60,000 bases of DNA, from contig CM075987.1 in assembly GCA_038087875.1 (NCBI GenBank), forward strand, positions 21,392,001-21,452,000. Direction: 5' to 3'. The notes beneath the pieces were generated by a model. The model was not told the DNA's origin and did no database searches. It saw nothing but the letters and a program-made list of their open reading frames with translations. Positions 38,070 to 50,816 of this stretch are shown piece after piece (the first letter of the stretch is position 1; every line of letters starts with the position of its first letter). Origin of the DNA: Malacoraja senta. Taxonomy: Eukaryota. Position numbers and translations under genes: made by a program.

Positions 38070-38620
38070 AAGAATTCGAGGCATGCGAAGTATTCGTATT
38101 CTAGTATCGCTTTCTCGGGCCAATTAGAAATGAGCAGCACATATGGTCTTTCTGATGTCACCGACAGTGCTTGAAAAAAATAAAAACCCTTCGCGTATAA
38201 TCAATTACTTCGAAGAGATGATTTCAGTAAATGTCAATTCGGAATGGTGCGTAGTTGCCGATGCAACGCCGCAGAGGATATGCGGAATTTACCGAGGCTG
38301 TTGCGGAGCGAATCTAGCGTTTGATCTTTCTGCTAAACACCCCCAACATTCAAAAGCACCTTGACCTTGAGAGGATTGGAGCGGTGCAGTGGTTGGGCGA
38401 CGGCGGAGCTCGCCGAAGCAGGCGCCTCACCCCGATGACGGAAAGTGCCGAAGTAGCTGCCGCGCCCGCTTGACGGAATTGGTCGAAGGTGCTCGGGTTT
38501 GCTCGTTTCCTTGCTGCAGAACAGTGACATCATCATCGCGGTCGGTAAAAGAGGCCGGAGCGAGCTCGGAGGGCGACAGTCTGCAGCGATCGGCGAGCGA
38601 GTGAGCGAAGGAAGGAAGGA
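38070..38620 (+). promoter_or_regulatory. SPTAN1: CpG-island promoter of SPTAN1
   Basis: Main non-TE CpG-dense block in the window; CCAAT near 38121, ATTGG near 38478, CRE-like TGACATCA near 38525; followed by a strong splice donor. Confidence 0.8.
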
Positions 38621-38629
38621 AGGGTTTAG
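38500..38629 (+). other. SPTAN1: SPTAN1 non-coding exon 1 (start approximate)
   Basis: TTAG|gtatgt donor at the edge of the CpG island; the next exon starts 3 nt before the ATG, so an upstream non-coding exon is required. Confidence 0.7.
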
Positions 38630-39145
38630 GTATGTTTTACATTTATCTGGAAATATGATGGTTTAAAGTCAGTAAATAATCCATTTCACTGCTCCGTTTT
38701 TTATTCAACCTGCTTAATATATATATATATATATTCATATTTTAAGTGTGGTTGTTGAGAAATCATTTGAATGAACTATTGAGGTAAAACATCAAATTTC
38801 TGTTTGATTTTGCATTTTGTTTTGACTGATATGGGAGAAGGATTTCCAGTCAACGTGGTTATCGGGCGTTGTCTCCGGTCTAAGGAGCGAGGAATTTTAA
38901 TATATACATTTGAACTGTAATTATTGAACTGGATAATTGAACCGAATCTGTATATCTGACATCTGGAGTATTTTTTCAAAAATATCCAGACAAAATATGT
39001 AAAATATTTCTGTTCCCCGCGGCTGCGCATTTTCAGTTTTTTTTCCTATGTGCTGTTGCATACAATTGTACGGCATGTTTAAAATAATGATAAACATGGC
39101 TTTTCTCCCCCCTGGTTTTTGGTGTTTTCAATCACAATGAGCTTT

Positions 39146-39157
39146 AAAATGGCTGCG
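39146..39157 (+). promoter_or_regulatory. YY1-like motif in SPTAN1 intron 1
   Basis: AAAATGGCTGC in a secondary CpG-containing patch. Confidence 0.35.
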
Positions 39158-40165
39158 GGGATGGGTTTCCTGCGGTTTCGACCGCAGCAAGGTCAGAGGA
39201 CATATCTAGAATATAAATATCCATAGATGAGAGGAATCGGTCCAGAGGTTGTCTTGGGGAGAGAACTCGTCTTCATTGTGGCAATGTGGAATTCTTCCTC
39301 CAGGGAAGGAAGGTCAGAGGAGAGCGGTGGGTGGTAGAAGGAAGAAGAAAACATAAATGTATTCTCTCAAATAGGTTGGCAGATAATCTTGGATTGAATG
39401 AATGGGGAATACATAATTTGATAGAAATAAATGGATTTGGCGAATGGCTCGACAGGAAGAGAAAATGTATTAGAAGAGCTAATTCATTGTTCGGTATTCA
39501 TAAAATCCATGACATGAAACTATTTCTGGAAATCAAGTGGGGGGGATTTAAAATATTTAATTGTGACAAAATGGACCTTAAAATAATCCCACATTAATTA
39601 ACAGAACAGTTTGAAAACTGGTTAATTTAGATTCCCAATAACAGATGTCAGGGCGATTCCTCTAGCAACAGTTGAGGAATGCAATGTTTTTTTCCCCAAG
39701 AATTAACTATATCCAGGAACATGTTACAGTGAATCCAAATCAAAATGTGATGTTGAAATGAAAGCAGTTTTATGGCCATAAAATTATGGAAGGCTGAGTG
39801 GTACTGGAAGCAGGAGTTGTGTGAATTTTATCATTTCTGTTCCAGGACTGTTTCATTTGTTTAATGCAAAGGTTTAGTTGGTTAACATGATTTTAACAAT
39901 TGTTATTTTCCCGTTAATTTCATGGAAACATGAAATTAAAGAAATCTGGCCTCCCCAAAGACAAATTGTTAATATACTTTAAAAAAATGGACATGCCTGA
40001 ATTTATTCCATTCTGCTGGATTTTTGATGATTTAAGCAAATTGGCTTATTTTTTTAAACTGTATTTTATCACAATTATTACATTATTCAGTCATGTATAT
40101 TATGAATTTATTTGTTGGAATGCAACTGTATAAAGCCATGATCCAATGATGTGTAATCTAGTGTG

Positions 40166-40271
40166 AAACCTCTTCCAAATTTAATTGGAATGGCCCATCA
40201 ATCTATTATTCCTACAGTTCTGTAGGAATAATAGATTGATGGGCCATTCCGATTAAATTTGGAAGATGTTT
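40166..40271. repeat. Near-perfect palindrome with 47-bp core arms and a 2-nt loop
   Basis: 40171-40217 is the reverse complement of 40220-40266 with one T/G mismatch. Confidence 0.95.
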
Positions 40272-40927
40272 GCAAGGGATTCCTAGCTCTTTCCTGGAGC
40301 ACAAGTTATTAAAAATCCTCTTGTGTGTTTTGCAGTGCTGCCGATGTGTAATCTAAATTTAATTATCTCAAACGTATACAGGGAGGGGAAAATATTTTAG
40401 TCGGGGCAATAGGTTAAAATTGCATAATGGTGAAAAGTCCAATTGGTGGTATGGCAGAATATCTTTCAGGTGATGACAGTAATTAAAGCTGTGCATCATG
40501 TTATTATTGGTATTTTGTTCAAATGTTTATGTATCATATTTATAAACATATATACATATAAACATACTGCATAGTTAAAGAAGATGTTTGTTTTTTTAGC
40601 TGTTGCAGAATAAATGTTTTCTGTATTAGGATTTGACACGGATTTAACTACTTATAAATAAAATACTGATTCTACGGTTAGATCATTTAGGGGGGGGGAG
40701 GGAATAGAACCAGTCTGATACACAATGTTTTTAATTGCCACATTTTTGTAAGAGGGTGTTTGCACTAGAATAACAGCTCAAAGATTTCATAAAGTTGAAG
40801 ATGTATGCAAAGGTTATGCATTTGGAAGCTAGTGGAAAACTTTGCAGTGAATGTGTTTTGTATACTGCATCAAAAACAAGGTCAGGGTGGAGTTAGTTAT
40901 TGCTTCACCAGTTGTGTTGGAATGCAA

Positions 40928-41023
40928 GATAGACACAAAACGCTGGAGTAGCACAGTGGGGACAAGCAGCATCTCTGGAGAGAAGGAATGGATGACGTTT
41001 CGGGTCGAGACCCTTCTTCAGAT
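40928..41023 (-). mobile_element. Short Penelope-terminus insertion with an intact hammerhead core
   Basis: Minus strand CTGAAGA-A-GGGTCTCGACCC-GAAA-CGTCA; imperfect flanking repeat TTGGAATG(C/T)AA. Confidence 0.8.
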
Positions 41024-44023
41024 TCTTCAATTGGAATGTAATTTGAATATCCTAATTTTATTTAAGGTTATAAAATTGTGCCGCCACAGTTTTAAATTAA
41101 ATGACTTTTTAAAAAAAAGTTCCTTTGCTAATAATCTAAATGATGATGGTTTTCACGGAAGAAATTAGAACTGAGCAAACCCGCCATTTCTAATCGAAAT
41201 AGAATTGGGAATTGGATGCGGTTGCCTAAATACAAATTACATCTACCTCGTGTTTGAGGAGGCCTGAATACAATTGCCTTTTTGGTTCAGTGTTGAAGTT
41301 TAGAGAAACAAATACTAAGGAATTTAACAATAACACGTTTTATATTGAAAAATCCGATCTTTATGCAGAATGTATTTTGTGTGAATTGTTTTATAATTAT
41401 TTAGCAGATATTCTGCTTACCAAACAACACCGCTCATCATGTCTTCATTCCGTAAAACCAAACTGCAGGTATTGTGTATTTGTGGAATATAGTGTGATTG
41501 ACTGACTGTTAATTGGTATGTACTTCAGTAACATGAACATGATTACAAGAGCAATAAATTGGGTGACGCATGCAGCATGCTTTGACAGTTGCATTTTACT
41601 TCCGACTGATATAACTGAATTCCTTAATGATTTGGAGTCTCATTTGCATTTTTATTTGCTCTTAGAACTGTTCTTCTAACTGCCTTTCTTCAATTAATTA
41701 CTATTTACAACAAAAATTCCCAGTTGAAATATTGGCAGCTGACGTACATTTTTTTTGCAAGGGCAATTGTATAGAAACTAACGTCCTACCTTAGTATCAT
41801 AGTCCTACCTTGGATAATGTTTCTTAAAGATGTCCTACAAGGTTATCATTCAACAAGCGTTTCAATTAACAAAGTAATATTTAGATTATTTATAATCATT
41901 CTCTCAAGGAACCTTTTTCTATGGAAGTATTTATGTTACTATAAATTAATTTAAACTTAATTATAAGTTTATATGGCAGATATTAATGTTTCTCTCAAAC
42001 TGTTATAGAAAGACCTGAGTATGCTATGTAGGATTAATCTTTTAATCTTGGTTGTCTTTTTGTAAAACAAAGCTTGCACAAAATACTTTCTACGTGTGGA
42101 AGTTTCATTTATTTCTGTTCACTTGAGCTTTCTGATATTAATTTGGCTCGTGAATAAGTTGATTAGTTTTAGTCTGTCAAGCCCACTTTTTATTCTCAGT
42201 CTGAATATTAAACAGGATTTTAAAATTATTTCTTCAAAATGTAGTTATCACTGACTACAGCCCATTCTTTGCTTATTCACATGAAAGGCAGGTAGATGTT
42301 TTGCTCCATTTATTTTTCAATGCTTTTATAAACTGTTCATACAGTAAGAAGCATGAATTACTTGGGCCAGACTGTTTGGTGATTTTTTAAAAATATTCAA
42401 CTTCTTCCTTTTGTCCTTGCATCTGTTCTGAATACTCTTGCTGCAAATGTTGATCATTTTAAATTATGGCATGACCTTGGAGTGATTATTTTGGCCATCG
42501 TTTGGTTGCTGGTTTGTGTCGATGTAAGGGAATGCTGTCCATCGAAGTGTGCAAGTGATGCTGTTGAGCAATGATGCTGAGACATGACTTATCTTTTCAT
42601 ATAGCATGTATTTTTGCCCCTGGCATTATAGAAATTGTTGACTACCTCAAATGGTTTTATAATGTGGAAATAAAACAACACAATATATATGATCTTGGCT
42701 TGGTTGTATGTTTATATATATTTCCAGTGCACAGTTGAAGCTTTTATTATATTGAATGTAATTGTATGGATGTCTTTTTGTAAGAATATAACAGTAATGA
42801 AGCATGTGTGGAAATAAAAAAATTAAGCTGGCAGCAGTAACTATCTGTTGTACTAATGACAAGTGCTTGGTAACTGCAGTCGTAAATTAATGACCACCTT
42901 CCGTAAATGAGGTATGGAACAGTAATTCCATTCTACTCTTATCTATTGATCATTCAATTTCACGTAATTTAATCATACTGGATAGAATATTCTAGCAAGT
43001 TGCTGATTTGTGTTATCAGACTGGGCCATGATGCGATGGGAGTGTCTTATTCCTGAGCAGCTGGTGTGCAGTATTGCACATCAGCAAATGGCCCCTTGAG
43101 ATTTGGAGTGGAGGATTGTGTGGATTGGAGACAAGCTTAGCTACTTGTTGGCTTTTATTAAAGTAATATATATGCTCTAGTATAGGGTTTTTTTTCAGTA
43201 CTGTTTTCATATGTATTATGATCCTCAGAAATATCAGACAGTTAACCATTTACAGACCCTGAATAATTTCTGTGAAATTCACTAAGTAAATTGTCAGTGT
43301 TTCTCTACTCTGGGAAGAATAAGGGCCAGCATTGCAGAGTACAACTGACATCAGCTGTTCAGCAGAAATGCTGGATGTTATCCCAGGTGTAATTGTTTTA
43401 ATAATACATCATATAAACTACACAGCTAAAAATGTTCAGTTGTTTTGTAGGAGTAACATAATGAATTGTAATATATGCAAACTAAATTTATTAAACAATA
43501 TATAATAACATGATTCTCAAATAACTGGCATTCTTATCTAGCTAATTCTGGTAAAGAATGCCTTCTGATATGTGAGGAATTTATTGTTGGATTTCTCTAC
43601 AGAAATGCAATCAATCTGCAATGTTCTATTCGATCGCAAGCAAATCATGATCTATAAGACCACATTTTGTTTCCAGAGGGAATTTGTCAAAGGCTCGATC
43701 TATATAACAATTGGCAGTATCTGAACTTGCCAGATACTATGATTAAATTGGACCAGGCTGTTGTGAATTCAGACTGAGAATTATTTTGACAACATGACAC
43801 CATCTTTAATCAAATTAGAATGGAAATTTAAGCACAAAGACTCTTTGTCTAGCATTAAATGAATAGATTCAGATTAGGAACAACAAAGGGAGTTATCTCT
43901 TTTGCAGTAGTCATGAGATTTAAAAAGTGCTCGTCTGCTGAACCTATAATCTATCTCTGTATTCTGCAGGGTGGAAGGTGCAGAATTGTTCCCTACTGCT
44001 AATGTGGTTGTGGTAGAATGTGT

Positions 44024-44498
<475 letters not shown>

Positions 44499-45611
44499 CT
44501 GTTTGCTTTTAAAGTAATGACATAAATATTTGTGACTGCCAAATACAATTGGGACCCTGGGAATCTTGGTGTTTGGAACTTCAACCATAAATTCCTTTTT
44601 GCACTGTGGGTTATTATGTATGATTGTATGCAGTCTAAGTGCAACATTAAAAGCCATTCTTTTAATTTCTTTCAAATGTTTCTCTCTTCCCTAATTACAG
44701 TATAACTCCATGACTTTCTAGACTGGGGGATTTTCTGAAGCATTGAATGTTATCCCCAATAATACAGTAATGCCAATGGACTCTTAATTCGCTTCTTTAA
44801 ATGTTACATAGTATATTACTTTTTCCAATGAACCCAATAAGTTTAAAGGGAGTATAGGAAGTGGGGACCTGGTAAGTTTCAAGGGAACACAGGAAACATG
44901 ACCTGGTGATTCAGATGTCGATTCATCAGAATTTCCAAACAGTCAAAGAAAGAATATCAGAGTTTTACTGCATTGGGTCTGTGATTTAGATAGTAGCTGT
45001 TGAATTTTACACACTCCTTCAGAATGTGTACAGTTTGTGGGGTGATAGCAGAGAGGGCAGGGGAGACTTGTCATGGACATTTGCAGCTCTATACGTATCA
45101 GCTATAGGAATTTTGGAGAGATCCCTACATTTTCAGCTTTTTGAATTGCTGACTGAGAATATATTTTAAATTACCAGCAAACATTGTTTCTAGTATTTGA
45201 ACAACTGCTTTTGTTGTCTCAATTAACAATGTTCTGACTGCTACAGTGGATTTTAGTCATTACTTTTCTAAGTCATTTAGTCATTTATTGTCTTGTGATT
45301 GCTGGCATGGTATTTTGCTATTTTTTTCTGAGCATTTTTTTCCCATGTCCACCCCTCTGGTGAGGTAGAATTCCATGCATTCCATAACTTGCTCAAATGG
45401 CCCCCCTCTTGTTGAGATAAGTGCACAGAAGGCACTCTTAACAATGGGAAAGGGTAATGAAGAAATAGCTTGCTAGTTTTGGCGACAATGGAGTGTCTTG
45501 GTAACACAGTATGGCAAGAGGCCCTTCAGCCTTGACTTAAAGCATTTAATTGCACTCGCTCCAACAGTAATCCTATTTTATTCTGTGCACATTCCCAGCA
45601 GATTCTATCAA

Positions 45612-45902
45612 TTTAGAGAGATAGCGTGGAAACAGACTCTTTGGCCCACCGAGTTCACACCGACCAACGATCACCCATACACTAGTTCTATTCCACATAC
45701 AAGAGACAATTTACAGAAGCCAATTAATCTACAAACTTGCCCGTCTTTGGAGTGTGTGAGGAATCCAGAGCACCTGGAGAAATCCCACTTGGTCACAGAG
45801 AGAACATACAAACTCCAGACAGGCAGCACCCATAGTCTGGATCAAACCTGGGTCTCTGGCGCTATAAGGCAGCAACTCTACTGCTGCGCCACTGTGCCGC
45901 CC
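45612..45902 (-). mobile_element. Near full-length HE1-like V-SINE; a second, older copy follows at ~45905-46100
   Basis: Reverse complement begins gggcggcacagtggcgcagcagtagagttgctgcc; has the V-domain and a CR1-derived 3' tail. Confidence 0.88.
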
Positions 45903-46379
45903 TGATCACTTGCCTGTGTGCCAAGGGCAATTTACAGGGGCCAATTAATCTACGACCCTTTACATTTTTGGGATGTGGAAGCAAACCAGAGAACTCGGAG
46001 GAAACCCATAAAATCATAGAGAGAATGTGCAAACTTAACACAGATGCACAGGTGGTCAAAATAGAACCTGTGTTCCTGGAACTGTGCTAGCTGCACCACT
46101 GGTGATGGTGGTAATACAAAGCCTGGTGTCACTCACTTTTGTGAAAGTGCTGCAAAGCATTGCTGACCTGGTAAGAATTTTCTTTTTTGTGTAGAATGAA
46201 TACTGAGTTATTGAAAGTGACCCTTGTTTCCATGGATGTTGATTATTGTCACGGTGAGTTTGGTGGTGGGGGGGGGGTGGAGGTAGAAGGAGAGCACAGT
46301 GGGGAGCTGGTGGTTGTTGTACTGTGTGAGGCCGACCCATTTTTATGCATTAGTGAAGTAGGTTACTGATATTGGAGAT

Positions 46380-46800
46380 TAGAGTGATCATGTGTCCTCA
46401 ATTGAGATCCAAAGGCAGAAACAGGGTCTGATTCTGTGCTGCATATTATGTTGTGGTAATTCACCAGATTTTATTTGTCTAGTAGCCTTGATATTTTTCA
46501 GCTGATGGATGGCTTTATCATTCTCTTGGTGAGCTGTGTTAGTAGTATTGATCTATTGAGATGTGGTGGTATTGAGATTGTGGTAGTGTTCTGCGGGATG
46601 AATACATGGATCCTTCCATCAGTGGCTCTCTTTGCTTGAGGATATGTTGTAAAGTGTTCCTTCCAGCAAGGACAAACTGCTTCTCTATTTTGGAGTTTCT
46701 TCTTGGCTTTTCGTCAGGTGAGATCTTGAGTGTTCGGGTGCTGGATTCCCTATATGTTTTATCAATCATCCATACATTAGGTTACAGTATTAGAACATTT
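46380..46800 (-). mobile_element. Degenerate RTE-clade LINE fragment
   Basis: Minus strand remnants WKEHF and KAIHQLKNIKA; boundaries approximate. Confidence 0.5.
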
Positions 46801-47089
46801 ATACTATAAAGAGTTTGAAATTCATCAATAGTTCTGACAATTCCATGAATTAAAGCTACTCACAAAACATTCCATGTTGAATAATTTATTGTAACTTGAA
46901 GAAGCTTGCTCTGGTTCTATATGTTTTAAAGTCAATGACATTGGGGGGGTGGGGGGGGGGTGGAGGATTGCTTTGATTACAGGGATGGAGTTGACTATTA
47001 GTTGACATGTTTGAGATGGCTTTTTAATGTTGTCTTCACTTATTTCTAAAATCAATTTTTAATATGTATTTTTATGCCTGTGACAGAAA

Positions 47090-47163
47090 ATGGATTCCAC
47101 TGGAGTAAAGATTCTAGATTCAGCAGATGACATCCAAGAAAGACGCCACCAGGTGCTAGATAG
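47090..47163 (+). CDS. SPTAN1: SPTAN1 first coding exon (exon begins 47087), 74 coding nt
   Basis: cag|AAA ATG; MDSTGVKILDSADDIQERRHQVLDR versus recalled human MDPSGVKVLETAEDIQERRQQVLDR; AG|gtatg donor. Confidence 0.95.
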
Positions 47164-48045
47164 GTATGAGCTTTTAATTGTGACATATGCAGGAGATGCT
47201 GGAACCTGGAGGGAAAAAATGTATGTTAATTACCTTGTGGAATTTATATAGAACAATAGAAGTTGTAATAGTGGCAGCTTGATGTCCAACAAAGGCATTT
47301 CTCATCTGCATGAGTAAGGTCCAGACTAAAATGGTATGCAGGTTCTTGTACCGAATAACTTGGCCAAATTTGCCCTATCTGACCATCTTAGTCCATCTCC
47401 CCTATCAGAATTGCATTCAGTGACCTGCTGGATATCTACAAGTGAATTTTCATTTCTCTGCTTTTGTTAAGTTCAGATGGAGTCAGTTTGGAGGTCACAG
47501 TAACGTACATGGGACAATTTGGGGCCATTAACCTTTGCACAGGAGGGATATAGCTATACAGGCTATGTAAAATTTAATCCCCAGAGAAGGGTGCAGTGCA
47601 TAAGGTCATGTTGCTAGCACAGAATATCGTGATGTGATTGCTTTCATACACCTGCTTACCGGCCTGTGATGGGTAGCAAAGTGTAGAAGCCAGAAGGTCT
47701 GAGATGAATGCTGGTCGCTGGACTAAATTTGTTTAGAGCTGCATTTTTGCCTATTTGCTCGGCCCCATGTTTATTTCAGTGGATGAGCACTTGTTTTAAA
47801 CAGCCGCCAAGAAGTCTCAAGAATACTTGATCTGGTATCAGGTCAGATGCCTTCTAAGTGTTTGAGATGAGATATTTGTACTTTTGTTCTTTGGTGTGCC
47901 TGTTTTACAGGCTGTGATTTTCTGATTTGCTTGCTATAATCTTAGACTAGTTCTCACAATAATTTTTTTAAATTTTACTTGGGTGTATCTGGGTGAGGGA
48001 AAAATCAAGGGCCCCAATTCAAGTTACTCTGTTTTTGTGTGCTAG

Positions 48046-48208
48046 GTACCAGCGGTTCAAGGAACTTTCTATTTTGAGAAGGCAGAAGCTAGAAGATTCT
48101 TTCAGTTTTCAGTGTTTCCGCCGTGATGCAGATGAATTGGAGAAATGGATTCAAGAGAAACTTCAAATTGCATCTGATGAAAATTATAAGGATCCCAGCA
48201 ATCTGCAG
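48046..48208 (+). CDS. SPTAN1: SPTAN1 coding exon, 163 nt
   Basis: tag|G...CAG|gtgct; YQRFKELSILRRQKLEDS...DENYKDPSNLQ. Confidence 0.97.
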
Positions 48209-48510
48209 GTGCTTGATATTTCAGACCTCTTTTTGAGAGTTTTAGCTCTGTGAAAGTATTGTTTTGCATCTTGTTGTTCATTCCAGTAGCAGTAAATCGT
48301 TATGTCAATTTGACATTTTTTAGAATTAAATTTTCAGCTAACAAAGTAATTTTGATTCTTTGATATATGCAGTTTTATGTACAAGGAACTTGCTTTGCAT
48401 GAACTCTGTGTGCATCCAGTGATTAGTGGTGTTCCACAGGGGTCAGTGTTGGGTCTGCTACTTTTCAACTTTTCGCATTGTATATCATTGTGGCCAAGTT
48501 TGCGGATGAT

Positions 48511-48806
48511 ACAATAGACAATAGGTGCAGGAGCAGGCCATTTGGCCCTTCGAGCCAGCACCGCCATTCAATGTGATCATGGCTGATCATCCCCAATCAG
48601 TACCCCGTTCCTGCCTTCTCCCCATATCTCCTGACTCTGCTATTTTTATGAGCCCTATCTAGCGCTCTCTTGAAAGCATCCAGAGAACCTGCCTCCACTG
48701 CCCTCTGAGGCAGAGAATTCCAGACTCACCACTCTCTGAGAAAAATTGTTTCCTTGTCTCCGTTCTAAATGGCTTACTCCTTATTCTTAAACTGTGGCCC
48801 TGATAC
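48511..48806 (-). mobile_element. CR1 3' end inserted antisense into CR1
   Basis: (CTATTGT)n tail, GHSLRIRSKPFRTETRK motif, TGATAC repeated at both junctions. Confidence 0.85.
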
Positions 48807-49171
48807 TGATACGAAGATAGGTGGAAGGGCTGGTAGCGTAGAGAAACCAGGGAATCTGCAGAAGCATTTGGGAGAATGGCAGATGGAATAGAGTGTGTGG
48901 TCATGATTTTGGTAATGGGAATAAAGGCTTAGACTATTTTCTAAATAGGGAAAAGATTCAGAAATCGGAGATGCAAGGGGACTTGGGAGTGTTGGTGCAA
49001 GATTCCCCAAAATTTAATTTGGAAGTTGAATCAGTAGTAAGGAAGGCAAATGCAATGTTAGCATTCAATTAGAGAGGATGAGAATATAAAAGCAGGGATG
49101 TAATGCTGAGACTTTATAAGCATTGGTCAGACTGCATTTAGAGTATTGTGAGCAGTTTTGGGCCCCATATC

Positions 49172-50206
49172 TAGCAATGTTACAACATTTTGAGATTTTA
49201 AAAATAAAGTCTGCAATTTATTCCATCAGATAAAGCATAAAAAGAAGTTTAATTTGACACCTAATTCACTTTCATATCTTCAGTATTAAAAAAGTTATGG
49301 CCATTTTCATACTCGATAATTAGCATCTTGTTCCCTATTGCTTTTCCATTGACTTAACTCAAAAGCTGTGATCAAGGACAGTCAAAAGCCCATAACTTTC
49401 TTAAAAATTAAGAGAACTGAATGAAGTTATTATAGATTGAAGCAATCTGAAACAAATATGAAACAACCTTACTTAGATGACATGAAATTAAAGCATATAA
49501 TTAGTTAGTTACCTAATTGTAGCTAATTACAAAATTCAATTACTAGATCTAAACATCTATCAATTTCTTAAGAATAGATTAACATTATTAAATAGCCTAA
49601 GTGTCCAAATAACATTCACACAAGAATTCACAATATAACATAATTTTTAAATCTCATTGTCATGGATTTGCAGGCCAAATGGAAGGAATTGAATGTTTAA
49701 TACCTGTAAATTAATGGGCATTTATATCATTTTGCGAGTGAGGTTTTCTGGAACGCGATCTTTTAGAACGTTCATTTGCGGTGAATTTAACCCCGTATCG
49801 GCATGAAAAATACTGCCGTTAGTTCGGGGAATAAAATCACCGTTTTGCATGAAGAAATGTGAATTAAAGGCTTCTTAAGAAGCACTTTTATACATTAAAA
49901 TAAACCACTTTCGTTTACCTGTCCCGTACGTGAAATCCGTCCCCGTTGTCGGCGTTGACGGCTTTAGGAGCTGCTTTTAAAATGACTCCAGCGCTGACAT
50001 TGTCGATTTAATAAAAATAAAAAATACACAAAACGCCCCTAGGAACGATTTTTCAGCAAACGCTTGTACTCCAACGAAATATAATACAGGACAAGGTAGG
50101 AGAAACCCGCGTTTTAACCCCGCCCCCCCTTAAAGGCGCCAAAATCGCGCACACGGCCAGTGGCAGAATTACAGCACCATTGAGGGTAAGTATTGTAACA
50201 TACCTA
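49172..50206 (-). mobile_element. Non-autonomous TIR DNA transposon (~1.04 kb), copy 2
   Basis: Ends TAGCAATGTTACAA and TTGTAACATACCTA; TSD CCATATC at 49165-49171 and 50207-50213; inverted homolog of 4429-5471. Confidence 0.92.
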
Positions 50207-50690
50207 CCATATCTGAGGAAGATGTGCTGGCATTGAAAAGAGTTCAGAGGAGGTTTATGAGAATTATCCCAGTGATGAGCATTTGATGGCTCTGGGACTA
50301 CTCGCTGGGGTTTAGAAGGGCAAAGGGGGTTCTCAGTGAAACTTAGGGAAATTAAAAATACAGAAAAACAAACTTAAACATATTCGAGACATGGTAAAGT
50401 CAGACATGATTATTTAAAAAAAAACTTTCATTCCCTCAATGGAAAAAACTATTGGGAGCTATTTCTAAATATGTTCTGCTGCAAAAACATGTGTTTCACT
50501 ATAATTGGAGCTGCAATACAAGTGCTTGCAATATCCTCAGTTTTATGACTTTTCGTAACACCTGCATAAATGAAGATTGTCCTTGCAGGTAAGGATGCTG
50601 CTTGTGCCATAGAATTATTGCCAAGCATGATGTAATGCCATCACTAAAGGAAATAGGAAAATTATGGTGTTTTGTTTTTATCTTTGGCAG

Positions 50691-50816
50691 GGTAAGCTGC
50701 AGAAACATCAGGCATTCGAGGCTGAAGTGCAGGCTAATGCTGCTGCCATCATCAAACTTGATGAATTTGGTAACAAGATGATTACAAATGAGCATTTTGC
50801 CACAGAAATTATTCGA
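50691..50816 (+). CDS. SPTAN1: SPTAN1 coding exon, 126 nt
   Basis: cag|GGT...CGA|gtaag; GKLQKHQAFEAEVQANAAAIIKLDEFGNKMITNEHFATEIIR. Confidence 0.97.

Larger units (their letters stand above)
48415..50345 (+). mobile_element. Degenerate CR1 fragment split by two nested insertions
   Basis: SGVPQGSVLG, KFADD and LEYCEQFWAPYL|RKMCW remnants on either side of the inserts. Confidence 0.8.

Noticed and set aside
38333..38604. ORFs in the CpG island
   Set aside because: Expected by chance in GC-rich promoter DNA; no recognisable protein
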